A stretch of 63,318 nucleotides of DNA, the filler included. It is 7 parts of 7 records of this genome, joined end to end, with 100 filler letters (N's around TTAATTAATTAA, not from the genome) between each part and the next. Parts side by side here need not be neighbours in the genome. Positions count along the whole stretch, not along the records: positions 19,625 to 29,875 come from SRR20825019_2239; positions 29,976 to 37,680 come from SRR20825019_2248; 5 more parts are not named here. One strand, given 5' to 3'. Of this stretch, positions 23,249 through 33,241 are shown in pieces. Both the position numbers and the translations under genes were made by a program. Each line of letters starts with the position of its first letter. Within the stretch, counting starts at the first letter, position 1. The notes under the pieces are model-generated. The model was not told where the DNA came from and did not search any database. It saw only the letters and a list, made by a program, of their open reading frames with translations.

Positions 23249-24260
23249 TTAGATGCCTGACTCTTGCAACCATTTCCAAGGATTGATATTTTGACCTGTT
23301 TCTCCCACGACGCTACTGTACTTCGTGTACAGTTCGTTAACATCGAAATTTGGATCCGCCCCCCGCGACAACATCAGCTCCTTGTAACCCAACGCAGCAG
23401 AGAAGAAGTTTTCTGTCCTCATGTTCTGTATTTGTTTACGAAGGACGTCAACCTCATACTTGGCGTCATCCAAGGCTGTAGATGAAACGATATGTAAGCT
23501 TGACGAGACGACTACGCGAAAACCGTACCATCTTGCAACTGGTGTTTGTCCTCCCGTGCTTTTTCATACTCCAATGCAAGATACTCCTGTGAACTGCTAC
23601 CCCGACTACCATCCCGAGCTAAGTCCGCATCGGCCAGTTTTGCAATATCTTCACAAGAAGGCTCAAAACGCCCTGGCGATTTCTTTCCTTCTTCCATCGC
23701 TTGCTGAAGCTCTCTCGTTTTTTTCCCTAATAGAACATTTCTTTCTTTCAACTCAGCGTTCTCCCTCCTAAGCTCCTATCCGGTTGGGACACATTCAGAA
23801 AAAAGACCAAACAAGTCATAGACTGACACACCTCGATTTTGTCCAGTGCGGCCCCATGCGCTTTCTCAGGGCTGCGGTCAAGAACTTGCACATCATCAAT
23901 TGGCAAGTCATACTTCTTTACGGTCTCCTGAGCTCCATCAAATAAGAGTGAACCGGAAGAATTGGTCCGGAGATGAGAAGACTTCCCCCGCAAAATCGAC
24001 ACTCCGTTCGGAGAAAACAAGAGTGACCTGCACAGATATTATTGGGCCGTTGTTACGGCAACACAACTTAGCTCATACTCATCATGACCGCGCCCGATAG
24101 TTACTCCATTGAGGTGTCTACGCATATCTGCTGAAGACAGTGACTTTGTACGCCCGTCACTACGAAACCTTCTGCCTAGCTTTGGTGCCGGCGGCAGCTC
24201 TGGCAGTGGTGAAAGCGGAGCGGCCTCACTGTCATCTTCGGTAATGTCATGATCACTCAT
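23249..24260 (-). CDS. Spliced coiled-coil hypothetical protein (4 exons)
   Basis: Track ORFs 24039-24260, 23748-24020, 23512-23751 and 23249-23473 join through three roughly 50-nt introns (GTATGA..TGCAG, GTGTGT..ATAG, GTACGG..TACAG): MSDHDITED...ELRGENAELKERN...LQDALDDAKYEVDVLRKQIQNM...WKWLQESGI*. Confidence 0.7.
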
Positions 24261-25747
24261 GACTCGCTACCGTCTGTTCGTGTTGCATATGGTGCTCGAG
24301 TCATGAATATAAACTCAGTCATGGAGCCGCGCCAACCTCGCTTGCTCTGGGGCCTCTGCGACCCTTCCGACGTCGTGCCCTGCCACACTGCTCACTCCCG
24401 TGACTGGATCGAGCCTGGTCAAGAGTTCTCAGGCCACCAAGCCTCCGGCTCCGGCGGTCCGGAACCGGAGTAGAACGAAGGTGAACTGGTGAGAGTGAGA
24501 GTTTTGGATACAGCAACGTAGCAAAGCACAAACAGGCCAAACCAAGGCCTCTCTCCCGGGCGCCGGATGCGGGTTCCGGAGAGCTTGGTCCAACGACCGG
24601 GTCAACCCGGCCCGATGGACCACACTGAACTCTACTACTGGTGCGCCACAGCGAGGACGGTCCGGTCCCAGTACTGCTGTTGGTCAAGTGCTGTGGGTCT
24701 AGTGGTGGGGCTCTGATGCCGTCCCGCCGTCCGGCGGTCCCCGCAAGGGCCGCCGCGGGCCTGCCCGGGGCAGCAGAGCCGAGCCGAGCCCCGCCGGCCC
24801 GGCCGGCTGCCTCAGATCACTGGCCGGGCAGCGGGCGGGGCGGCCAGGTTCGCTTCGTCTTGCGTCACCCGAAGCCTGCCGCCACCGCCTGTGGCTGCGG
24901 AGCGGGCCCGGTCCGGTCCGAGCCGCATGCCGGATTGCGGTACTTAAGGCCCGTCCCTGGACGCCCTCAGTTACCGCGGACCGGAGGCCGGGCCACTACC
25001 CACCATGCAGGGGGGTAGTGATTATGACTACGATTCATCAATTTGGCCCGCACGCCTGGGTTTTGGGTCCGGTGCAAAGTCCTCCTCCACTCATGGCCGA
25101 CGGCGGCGGCGGACGAGTCGTCCGTCGCTGAGCCGAGGCCGGGGATCGGATCGCCACCCCACACACCGCAACGCCGGCCGGGCACCGCCTCCACCACTTT
25201 GATTGGTCAGTCCAGTAGCCGCAATTAAGCGCACAATTTCACATTGTAACGGCAGACGAACGCCGGGGGCCGCCATCGCGCGGCCCGGGCGTGCGACTGG
25301 GAGTCTCGCTCCGGGTCGGCCGCCCGGCCCGCCGCCGAAGGCTTACGTTCAGGCTTCGTCGCCGAGTCCGAGTGACGGTCGGCCCGGCGGCTCACCGGCC
25401 GCGTCGGAAGCCGTCAGTGGCCGCCAATGAATGGCAACCGTGTGGTCCCCAGTCGGTTCAGCTCGGATCTTGACTGTGAGTGATGCCGAACTGAAGCCGG
25501 CAGGCCTGTGGCCCCCGCCGGCAGCCGGGCCGGGCCGCCCACGGGGTCAGCTCCCGGTGAGCCGAAGTGCAGCGCCCGCCCGCGGCCGGTGGGCGCGCCC
25601 TGTGCCGGTCCGGCGGTGGGGCACTGCGGGGCCAGAGAGCGATAGGGCCGGCGGCCCGGCCAGCCGGGCAAACTCGATCCCGGGATGCTATGGCGGGCGG
25701 GCGTCCACTTCCGAGTTTCCGGGGTCCTCACCTTAAGTCAAATATTC

Positions 25748-28318
25748 ATGCGACGCCACTCTAAAGCAAACGCTCCACATGGTCCAATGGCACAAGCTCT
25801 AAAGGATGCACTGGGATCTCCCGACCTTGCCATCCTGCCCACGAGCGAGCAAGACGTTGACATCACATATAGTGATTTGAAAGGCAAGGGACCGGGTGAT
25901 GCACCAGCGGCGGGCCAGCAAACTCGGACAACAGTGCTGAGGTAAAGGAACTGCACCGCCATCTTCAAACGTCACTGAGGCTCCTTTTTCAGATATAACC
26001 CTGGAATAGACTATGACTTCCTGAAGGACCCTAAGGCGAATACTAGAGGTTTGAGGCTGGGAACCATGACGGTCGGGCAGAGGGACAGAGAATATCGGCT
26101 GGCAATGCACCAGGCCCGCGAAAGCGGCAATGAACCTAAGTTGAGGGGCCGCCTCATGATTGAAGGGCACAAGGAAGACCCACACAGAACCACTGGGAGC
26201 AGGAGTGGGGCCCAAACTGCTCGTGCCCGCAGCTCGATGGCAGGACACCATCCTAGCCGCGCTATGCATGCATCCCTCAAGCCTTTTGCTCAGACCTTCA
26301 CACCAACAATAGTGACTGAGCCCCCAAAGGAACCAAGCCCACGAGCACGTGCTGCCACGAGCATGAGCCACCGAGTTCGGAGGGGAATGTCTATCACGAA
26401 CCGTGTGGCGGCACAGGAGCCGAAGCAGGCGAAATTCTTTCCTGAGAATGACATGAGGCAAGGGTCAAAGAAGGCAGAGATAATGGAAACATACCGCGGC
26501 TATGCGCTGGCATATCTTAATGAGATCACAAATGAAGTGCGACGGCTGATGAAGAATACTCCGAGACCGCGGGGTGTTGAGCAGAACCACAAGGGCAGGG
26601 CTGTGTATTTTGAAGCGTGTGAGAAATTCATGGGTCAATTTCTCACTGAGACCAAGCGCATGGGTCAGCTCGTCGCTAACTACTCGTCGCAGACAGTGAA
26701 TGATGGGCAGTTCATGGAGGAGTTCGAGCCTTTTGGGGACCTAGTCAATTTGCTTACACATTCCATGGAGCGATATACCAACCCGCACTCAACGAGATCG
26801 GAAATTCCTGTGGAGTTTACCGCGCACCGCGAAGCGCGCAACGATGCGGACTTGGCAGATGCAGGGAGTCCTGAAGGGGAAACTGGCAAACCGGCTTATG
26901 GTATGCTGGAGGAAGCAGCCAAACGCCGAGACGAGGTATACAACTTGAGAAGGGAAATTGAGGAGATGCGTGGTATGATGGATGACATGACTTCCAACCT
27001 CATCAAGCAAGAAGACCACCGGGAACTGCTCGAGGCAGCTGTACGGGACAGGGACAACTACATCAATGAGCTCAGAGCACACATCGAGGTTATATCACAG
27101 CCCAAACCCCCCAGAATGAACGTCACTTCTGGCCCGGTAGCTATGGGGACTGCAAGAGGCGGCTCGTCAGGAAAGCTGTCGCCCCGCACAGCTGCCGTGA
27201 TGGCCGAGTTGCTACGTGAGGTAACTGTGGTGAAACGAAAGGCAATGCTCAGTCGGTTCCGTTTCATTGCGAGTCAACTGCGTATGGTATACTATCATAA
27301 CTTGTTTGATATCGCCGACAGTCGGGGTGTGAAGTTACTTGAGGCGATGGGATACAGCAAGAAGTATGTCCAGTCTAAAGTTTGGGCGGAGTATCAGATC
27401 TTCGAAAAGATTCAGAGCGTGAGGTGTGGGATGTTGGAGAAGGGCCTGCAGGCGAGCTCGGTTCTCTTCTTTGAGGGATCGCTGGAAAGCATCATGGACC
27501 CATCTAAGCAGATCGAGACCACGCGGTCGGATGCTAAGTCTTTTATTGTGGATTACTTAGAGTATGCTAGAACAGTGCTTTCCCATAACACTACCCGCAA
27601 AGCACTACAGCAAGACTCCTTACGGAAGAAGTCTGCGATATCTATCCCCAGCGTGAAACCGCAACCGATAACGCGGTTTGACAATACCATAATTGGCGCC
27701 CCGCCCGCAATGCCGTCCTTTGTCCCCATCACAACTGCAACAAGAGGACACACGATACCAATCAAGCAGGATGGACTCCAGGGAAGACCCCGCGAGTCAG
27801 CAAGCACCCCGAGAGGCCGAATGAAGACGCCTGCCCCTATTCCAACGAAGGAATTCGAATCAGTGCGTGAAATGAAGACTCGATTCGGCAAGCAGCTTGG
27901 GAAGTACAGTGCGCAAGGATTTAAACCTGCGAGTTATGAACGATGGGTAGAAAAGGGGAAGAATGGTGAGCCCTTGTCACCATCGTTGAGGGGGTGGGGC
28001 AACAGTAAGGAGCCCCATGCTGCAAGCATAGGCGAGAAGTTTATCTTTGTAGACCCGCTTGCGGAGGAGTTGAATCAAAATACCCCGGCATCGCCATCAC
28101 GACTCGACCGCGATAAGGCAAGTGTGCGTGCTGAACAAGCGACGGAGGAGGGGCAAGGCCTATTTCAGGGTGCAGGGGCGGTGCATCTTAGCCCACCGCA
28201 CATGAATGCTGTAACAGAGGAGGGATCCGTGGCATCCCTCGAAGGATTCGACCACCTACCACGCGAGGACCATGCAGCAGGCGAGAAGTCCCCAGAGCTC
28301 GTTGTAGACACGCAGTGA
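25748..28318 (+). CDS. Hypothetical protein of about 840 aa with a central coiled coil; join(25748..25941,25993..28318)
   Basis: A 51-nt intron GTAAAG...CTGAG...TTTTTCAG joins exon 1 in frame to the 755-aa ORF; heptad-like stretch EVYNLRREIEEMRGMMDDM...INELRAHI. Confidence 0.75.
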
Positions 28319-28349
28319 TGTTGTGGTTACACCGAGATGGATCCACTGC

Positions 28350-29633
28350 CTACTGTGCTGAATCCATAATGTGGACCACGAGCGATGCCACCACATGAAC
28401 ATTCAGAGAATTGCCAAGGAGTTGGTACCGCTGCTTGTCTACAAAACCTGGCATAAGCCTTTCAATACCACCAGTACAGCGATCAACACACCTGTAATGT
28501 GCTCGGGAAAGTTGAACGATGCAGGAAAGTGGTGCAGTCTAGATACTTCAGAGGGAGTAAAATATCGCACCTTAGCGCCTAAACATCCAAGAGTGTGGGT
28601 CCAAAGCAAATCAGGATCTAGAAGCGCTAAACCACGGTACCTGGCAACCAGGATTCGCCCGCGCGGTCGGCGGCCTCCTTGTCCACATCTGCTGTCTGCA
28701 GAAGGGATCCTGTTCCTTCCACGTATCGGAAGTAATTCTGTCGACAGACTAAGTGCGCTACCTGTTGCACAAAAGCAGACGGCCCTACCTTCGTAAAGCA
28801 GCACGTGCGTTTATCATGCGCTGATGCAACATCGACACATCTGCCATGCTTGTCTAAGACTTCCTACATTGAACATCAGTCAGGTATTCTGGCAATACCA
28901 CTTATCATAATACAGAACCAGAGGAACGAAGTAGTTGCGGCTCGCCTCATCACTGCCTAAGTAGTTGCTAATTGGTGCAACCACCCCAGCCTCGCCGATG
29001 GAATGCCGCGCTAGATCCAGTTCTTCAGCAGAAAACTTAAGGTTTGTGCGCTTGGCGAGAACAAACACTCTTGTGCGCTGGTTCGGAATGCCTAGATCAA
29101 GAGGCGACACAGTTTGAACTTGCCAGTCCATCCCTACACCCCTGAGCACTCCGCAGAGTTTCTCAAATGTACGTGAAACCTCAAAGCCTTTGACGTTCTC
29201 GATGAGTATGTATGAGGGGGGAGTGGACATTTGAGATAGCTGATCCAACAACATAAGGAACGACTGCGCCCGAGGATCGTCCATGTCTTTTCGGTTTCCT
29301 TGCACAGTATAAGGCTTTGCAGCTCATATTAGAACAGGGCAATACACAAATAAATGGAACTACCTGGCACGGCGGAGAACAAACCCACATATCCGCTCGG
29401 TAGGCTTCCAAGGTCTTGTGATCGACTGTGTCGATTCCTTTTTGGCACACCTTCTTCTGAAAGTTGTGCTTGTACACTTCATTGGCCACAGTGTTCACAT
29501 CGAACGCCTCAAGGACCTCAAAGGAAACCTGCGCCCCTGTGGAGCGGGAGATGTGGTCTTGGGCCTGCAATAGGCCAAAGTGCATACCGCCAATTCCGCT
29601 GTAGAAGTCAAGAACCCGGAAATGCCTTGTCAT
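28350..29633 (-). CDS. TRDMT1: tRNA (cytosine-38-C5) methyltransferase DNMT2/TRDMT1, 6 exons
   Basis: Motif I DFYSGIGGMH; IV SPPCQ|PYT (split by a 49-nt intron, 29315-29363); VI ENVKGFE; VIII PNQRTRVF; DNMT2-diagnostic TCCFTK|NYFRYVEGTGS near 28800; IX RYFTPSEVSRLHHFP; X QRYQLLGNSLNVHVV; TAG stop at 28350-28352. Confidence 0.93.
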
Positions 29634-29875
29634 GGCTGTACAAACTAAAGTAAGGAATAGGTCTACGTTTTAAGGCTTGTATTTTTCAACCCAACCCTGT
29701 CGCTTTTTGTGAAACGTGGCCCTGACCGGACCCCACCGTGCCGCGCCGACACCGGTTCACCCTGACCGGCGGACGAGTCAGAGCCGACCACGGGCCGCGG
29801 CGCGTCTCGTCCCCCGGCCGCGGCGCTGCCGGCTGCCGGCCCGGCGCCCGGGGAGGGGGGGGGGGGGGGGGGGGG

Positions 29876-29975
29876 NNNNNNNNNNNNNNNNNNNNNNNNN
29901 NNNNNNNNNNNNNNNNNNNTTAATTAATTAANNNNNNNNNNNNNNNNNNNNNNNNNNNNNNNNNNNNNNNNNNNN
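29876..29975. other. Artificial contig spacer
   Basis: N44-TTAATTAATTAA-N44. Confidence 0.99.
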
Positions 29976-29976
29976 G

Positions 29977-30609
29977 ATCTACACATTTAATGAAAATGAC
30001 GAAGTCGTTTCTAGAAAGGGAGACACGCAAGAATATGCCCAAATGATCAATAAAAGATCGAAAAAATCAGGAGATATGGCAATTCTAGTGGAAGATATAA
30101 ATGAATCTGGAACAAATTTTACAATGCGTTTTTTCGATTCAGGGGCTGATATGGACGTTTATCACAAAAAAATGAACTTGGGTAGAACGTCAAAAGAAGC
30201 AAATCCAGAAGAGAAAAGTAATCCATGCTACAACAATCAATGGGCTGGATCTGCATCGTTCTATTTTTACAAGGACACGGATTATGGAAATGAAAGAGTG
30301 AACTTGAGAAGAACAAGTCGCGATTTTTTTCAAATCCATTACCTCGATTCTTACTCCGAAAATGATCAAATTTCATCGCTTCAAGTGTATAATGGCAGTG
30401 TAGATCTATTCAAAGACGGTTGTTTTTATGGAACTCAAATTCGATTCTTGCATAGTATTCCTAACCTTCACTTTTTTCATGCAGCAACGGTTTATCCAAA
30501 TAATCCAAACGACCCTGTTGATTATATAGGATCAAAACCAACAGCATTTTTCCCTGGAAATTACAACTTTGGAGATGTTACATCATCCATTAAAGGCTGG
30601 TCTATCTAA
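29977..30609 (+). CDS. Hypothetical protein, 5'-partial, with a probable C-terminal beta/gamma-crystallin-like domain
   Basis: Frame is open from the contig edge; paired Greek-key-like motifs FYKDTDYG...NDQISSLQV and LFKDGCFYG...FGDVTSSIK. Confidence 0.6.
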   Translation: MYTFNENDEVVSRKGDTQEYAQMINKRSKKSGDMAILVEDINESGTNFTMRFFDSGADMDVYHKKMNLGRTSKEANPEEKSNPCYNNQWAGSASFYFYKDTDYGNERVNLRRTSRDFFQIHYLDSYSENDQISSLQVYNGSVDLFKDGCFYGTQIRFLHSIPNLHFFHAATVYPNNPNDPVDYIGSKPTAFFPGNYNFGDVTSSIKGWSI

Positions 30610-30644
30610 AAGATTTGAAAACGAATAATCTTATCAACGATTGT

Positions 30645-30673
30645 AAACGGATGCCATTTGGTGTCCGTTTTTT
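30645..30673 (+). terminator. Rho-independent terminator
   Basis: AAACGGATGCC-ATTT-GGTGTCCGTTT hairpin (G:U pairs) followed by a T-run, 35 nt after the stop at 30609. Confidence 0.8.
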
Positions 30674-30719
30674 GTTTCCCCGAACGTAGAACCTGGCTTC
30701 CATTTGCGACGGAAGCGTT

Positions 30720-30754
30720 AAAAAAAGAAGCCCTCAACAAAGTCAAGGGCTCCA
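30720..30754 (-). terminator. Probable intrinsic terminator of the Gly-rich T9SS gene
   Basis: AGCCCT/AGGGCT stem preceded on the + strand by an A-run (U-tract on the - strand), just past the stop at 30777. Confidence 0.6.
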
Positions 30755-30776
30755 ACAAAATTATGTGAGAAAATGC

Positions 30777-32252
30777 TTACTTCTTAAAAACGCGAACCAA
30801 AGCGTGTTTTCCATTTGAAGAAAGAACGTCTACCATATAGTAGCCAATTGCTCCTTTGATATCAACAGTGATAGTTCCAGTGTTCTTATGTGTCTCTGAA
30901 ATAACTACTTGACCAAGTGAATTCGTTACAGAAACGGAAATTTCCGATTGAAGTTCTCCAAGACTCAACGTCAGGTTTCCAGATGTTGGATTTGGATACA
31001 CTAAGAAATTCGCTCCAAAATCGTTTTCTATGAGTCCAACTTCAGTAATATCTAAACAAGTAGATTCGCTTGAACATCCATTTTCAGTTACGACTACAGA
31101 GTAACTTCCGTTTGCCGTTGCAGTGAATGTTTGCCCAGTTTCTCCAGCAATTGCAAGTCCAGAGGCACAGTCAACCCATTGGTAAGAAGCTCCAGAAGCC
31201 GTCGCACTCAATGTTAAAGGTGCTGTTTGGCTAATTCCGTTATCCGCTGTATTGATCGTAAGTACAACCGTTAAAACGCTATCACATCCTACAGAGTTTG
31301 GAATGGTATCCATATAAGTATTCGAAGTAGTCCACGTATAATTTCCACTTGGAGAAAGATAGCTATCGCAAGCCGTTTCCGTAATTGTATTCGCAGATGA
31401 ATTACAGTTTTCAGTGATAATTAACTGTCCGTCTCCAGACTGTAGTCCATTTGTAATTATAATATTGGTCATAGTTCCGCCATAAGCAGATCCTCCAGCG
31501 CCGCCGCCGCCGCCGCCTTTATCATTGCCTGAACAACCTGTGGTTCCTGCCGAGCCACCGCCGCCACCTCCACCGTTCACGTAGCCGCCGCCGCCACCTC
31601 CACCACCAGGTGTAGAAGGAGCACCAAAACAGCAACATGATTGACCACCGCCACCAGTACCATTATTGTCCCCAGGAAACCCGAGGTATCCACCGCAGCC
31701 AATTCCTTCAGCACCGCCAACTCCAACAGTACCACCGAATCCACCACCACCAGAAGAACTGACAATTCCGTCTCCACCTGCGCCACCGCCACCTTCTCCG
31801 CCGTTTCCTCCAGCACTTCCTTGTGCGCCAGAATCTTCACATCCCTCTGCGCCGCCACCGCCGCCGCCGCCAGCAACAACTACACGATCCATTAACGTTA
31901 CGCCTCCAACACGAATATCAGTAGCTCCGCCGCCAGCTCCAGCACCGATTGTTCCACCAGCTCCACCGCCGTTGTAGCCAGCTTGTCCACCAACAAAAAT
32001 ATTGATTACTTGACCTGGTGTTACCGATAAATCTCCTTCAATGTATCCTCCGAGTCCACCAGCTCCACCAGTTAGACCGAGGCCGCTGTTTCCTTGAGCT
32101 CCCCATGCTTCGATATGAATGGAAGTAATTCCTACTGGAACCGTATAGGTTTCCATTGCTCCGGTATAGTTAAACGTTGTTTGCGCCGAAAGTTGCGCCG
32201 AAATTAGAGACAGAGGTATACATGCCGCCTTTAACAGTGAATGCGTTTTCAT
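30777..32252 (-). CDS. Secreted glycine-rich protein with T9SS type A C-terminal sorting domain
   Basis: Signal peptide; FNYTGAMETYTVPVG...EAWGAQG...GGGATDIR...VVAGGGGG Gly-rich domain; CDSY...GCDSV repeat; CTD VYPNPTSG...GYYMV...VRVFKK. Confidence 0.88.
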   Translation of the reverse strand: MKTHSLLKAACIPLSLISAQLSAQTTFNYTGAMETYTVPVGITSIHIEAWGAQGNSGLGLTGGAGGLGGYIEGDLSVTPGQVINIFVGGQAGYNGGGAGGTIGAGAGGGATDIRVGGVTLMDRVVVAGGGGGGGAEGCEDSGAQGSAGGNGGEGGGGAGGDGIVSSSGGGGFGGTVGVGGAEGIGCGGYLGFPGDNNGTGGGGQSCCCFGAPSTPGGGGGGGGYVNGGGGGGGSAGTTGCSGNDKGGGGGGAGGSAYGGTMTNIIITNGLQSGDGQLIITENCNSSANTITETACDSYLSPSGNYTWTTSNTYMDTIPNSVGCDSVLTVVLTINTADNGISQTAPLTLSATASGASYQWVDCASGLAIAGETGQTFTATANGSYSVVVTENGCSSESTCLDITEVGLIENDFGANFLVYPNPTSGNLTLSLGELQSEISVSVTNSLGQVVISETHKNTGTITVDIKGAIGYYMVDVLSSNGKHALVRVFKK

Positions 32253-32314
32253 AAGTTTACTTTAGTTAGTTTTCCGTAAAGTTATACAAAAATTGGTTGC
32301 ATTTGTATCAGGAG

Positions 32315-33241
32315 TCAATCAAATAAGGGACAGCTATATGCGCTATTTTTTTGCGGTTTGCAGGACGTAAATCGGAGGGAGAGTTCATGTGTGTTTTGAG
32401 CTCCCAATTGAATTTTCGATAAGGTATAATCAAAACTATATCCGATGGAAAATTGTTCCTTTAGTTTGATCTGGAAAAAGACAAGCAATGCATCTGAACT
32501 TCGGTAGCCAAGCCCGAAATCTAATAGGTTTTTGTAGTCCATTTGCAGTGCGAGATCAAACGTTGCCGTTCCTCTTGGTGGAAACTTCAATAAGAGGGAG
32601 GGAAGTAAAGACAATTCGTTGTTTATTCCATATTGAAAACCTGCGGAGAGTGAGTTGTGAATCCGATACTTGGCCTGATCTCCAATCCCATTCCATTTAT
32701 TCGGAATAAGCTGTTGCATGGTAAACCCAAAATAGTAATTAGTAGAATTATACCATGCGCCAAAAGTAGCATCTGGGGCCACAAAACTTCCTTCGTTTTG
32801 CGCCACAGGGTCGGGAACAGCTGTCGTAACTTCATTTGAGTTATATCCCATTTGAACCGCGCCTGCGTAAATACCAAGTGAAAGTCGATTTTCTACACTA
32901 AAGTTGAAGTGTGCCGCATAGGCAATGTTAATTCTATTTACATCAAATTGACCAATCGCATCTTTCTCGAATTTTAAGCCTAGTCCATGCCGTGCACTTA
33001 AAAACTGCTTTCTTTTTGAATTGAGCGGAACACTGAGCGTAAACAAACCACTATTTGGAGCGCCTTCAAAACCGACCCATTGCGCTCTAGCAAGCGTATG
33101 AACATCAATGCACTTTTTAATTCCAGCGTGTGCAGGATTTAATGCCATCTGATGCCACGACCATTGGGTATATTGCGGCACTTGCTGCCCGAAAACAGGA
33201 AGGTTGAAAAGTAGGACGATTAGAATGAGAATCTTCTTCAT
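32315..33241 (-). CDS. Type IX secretion system membrane protein, PorP/SprF family
   Basis: QQVPQYTQW...LNPAHAG...RAQWVGFEGAP...GLGYR...IGYSFDY...THELSLRF; overlaps the upstream type B CTD gene by ATGA. Confidence 0.93.
   Translation of the reverse strand: MKKILILIVLLFNLPVFGQQVPQYTQWSWHQMALNPAHAGIKKCIDVHTLARAQWVGFEGAPNSGLFTLSVPLNSKRKQFLSARHGLGLKFEKDAIGQFDVNRINIAYAAHFNFSVENRLSLGIYAGAVQMGYNSNEVTTAVPDPVAQNEGSFVAPDATFGAWYNSTNYYFGFTMQQLIPNKWNGIGDQAKYRIHNSLSAGFQYGINNELSLLPSLLLKFPPRGTATFDLALQMDYKNLLDFGLGYRSSDALLVFFQIKLKEQFSIGYSFDYTLSKIQLGAQNTHELSLRFTSCKPQKNSAYSCPLFD

Noticed and set aside
19727-25945. Many Arg/Pro/Gly/Ala-rich ORFs in the GC-rich blocks
   Set aside because: Expected from stop-codon scarcity in very GC-rich non-coding DNA; no recognisable domains.
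28350-29633. C5 DNA methyltransferase as a restriction-modification or defence gene
   Set aside because: Spliceosomal introns and the CFT/EGTGS motifs identify eukaryotic DNMT2, a tRNA methyltransferase.
29849-29875. Poly-G run at contig end
   Set aside because: Terminal poly-G is a typical two-colour sequencing artefact; not treated as a G-quadruplex or telomere.
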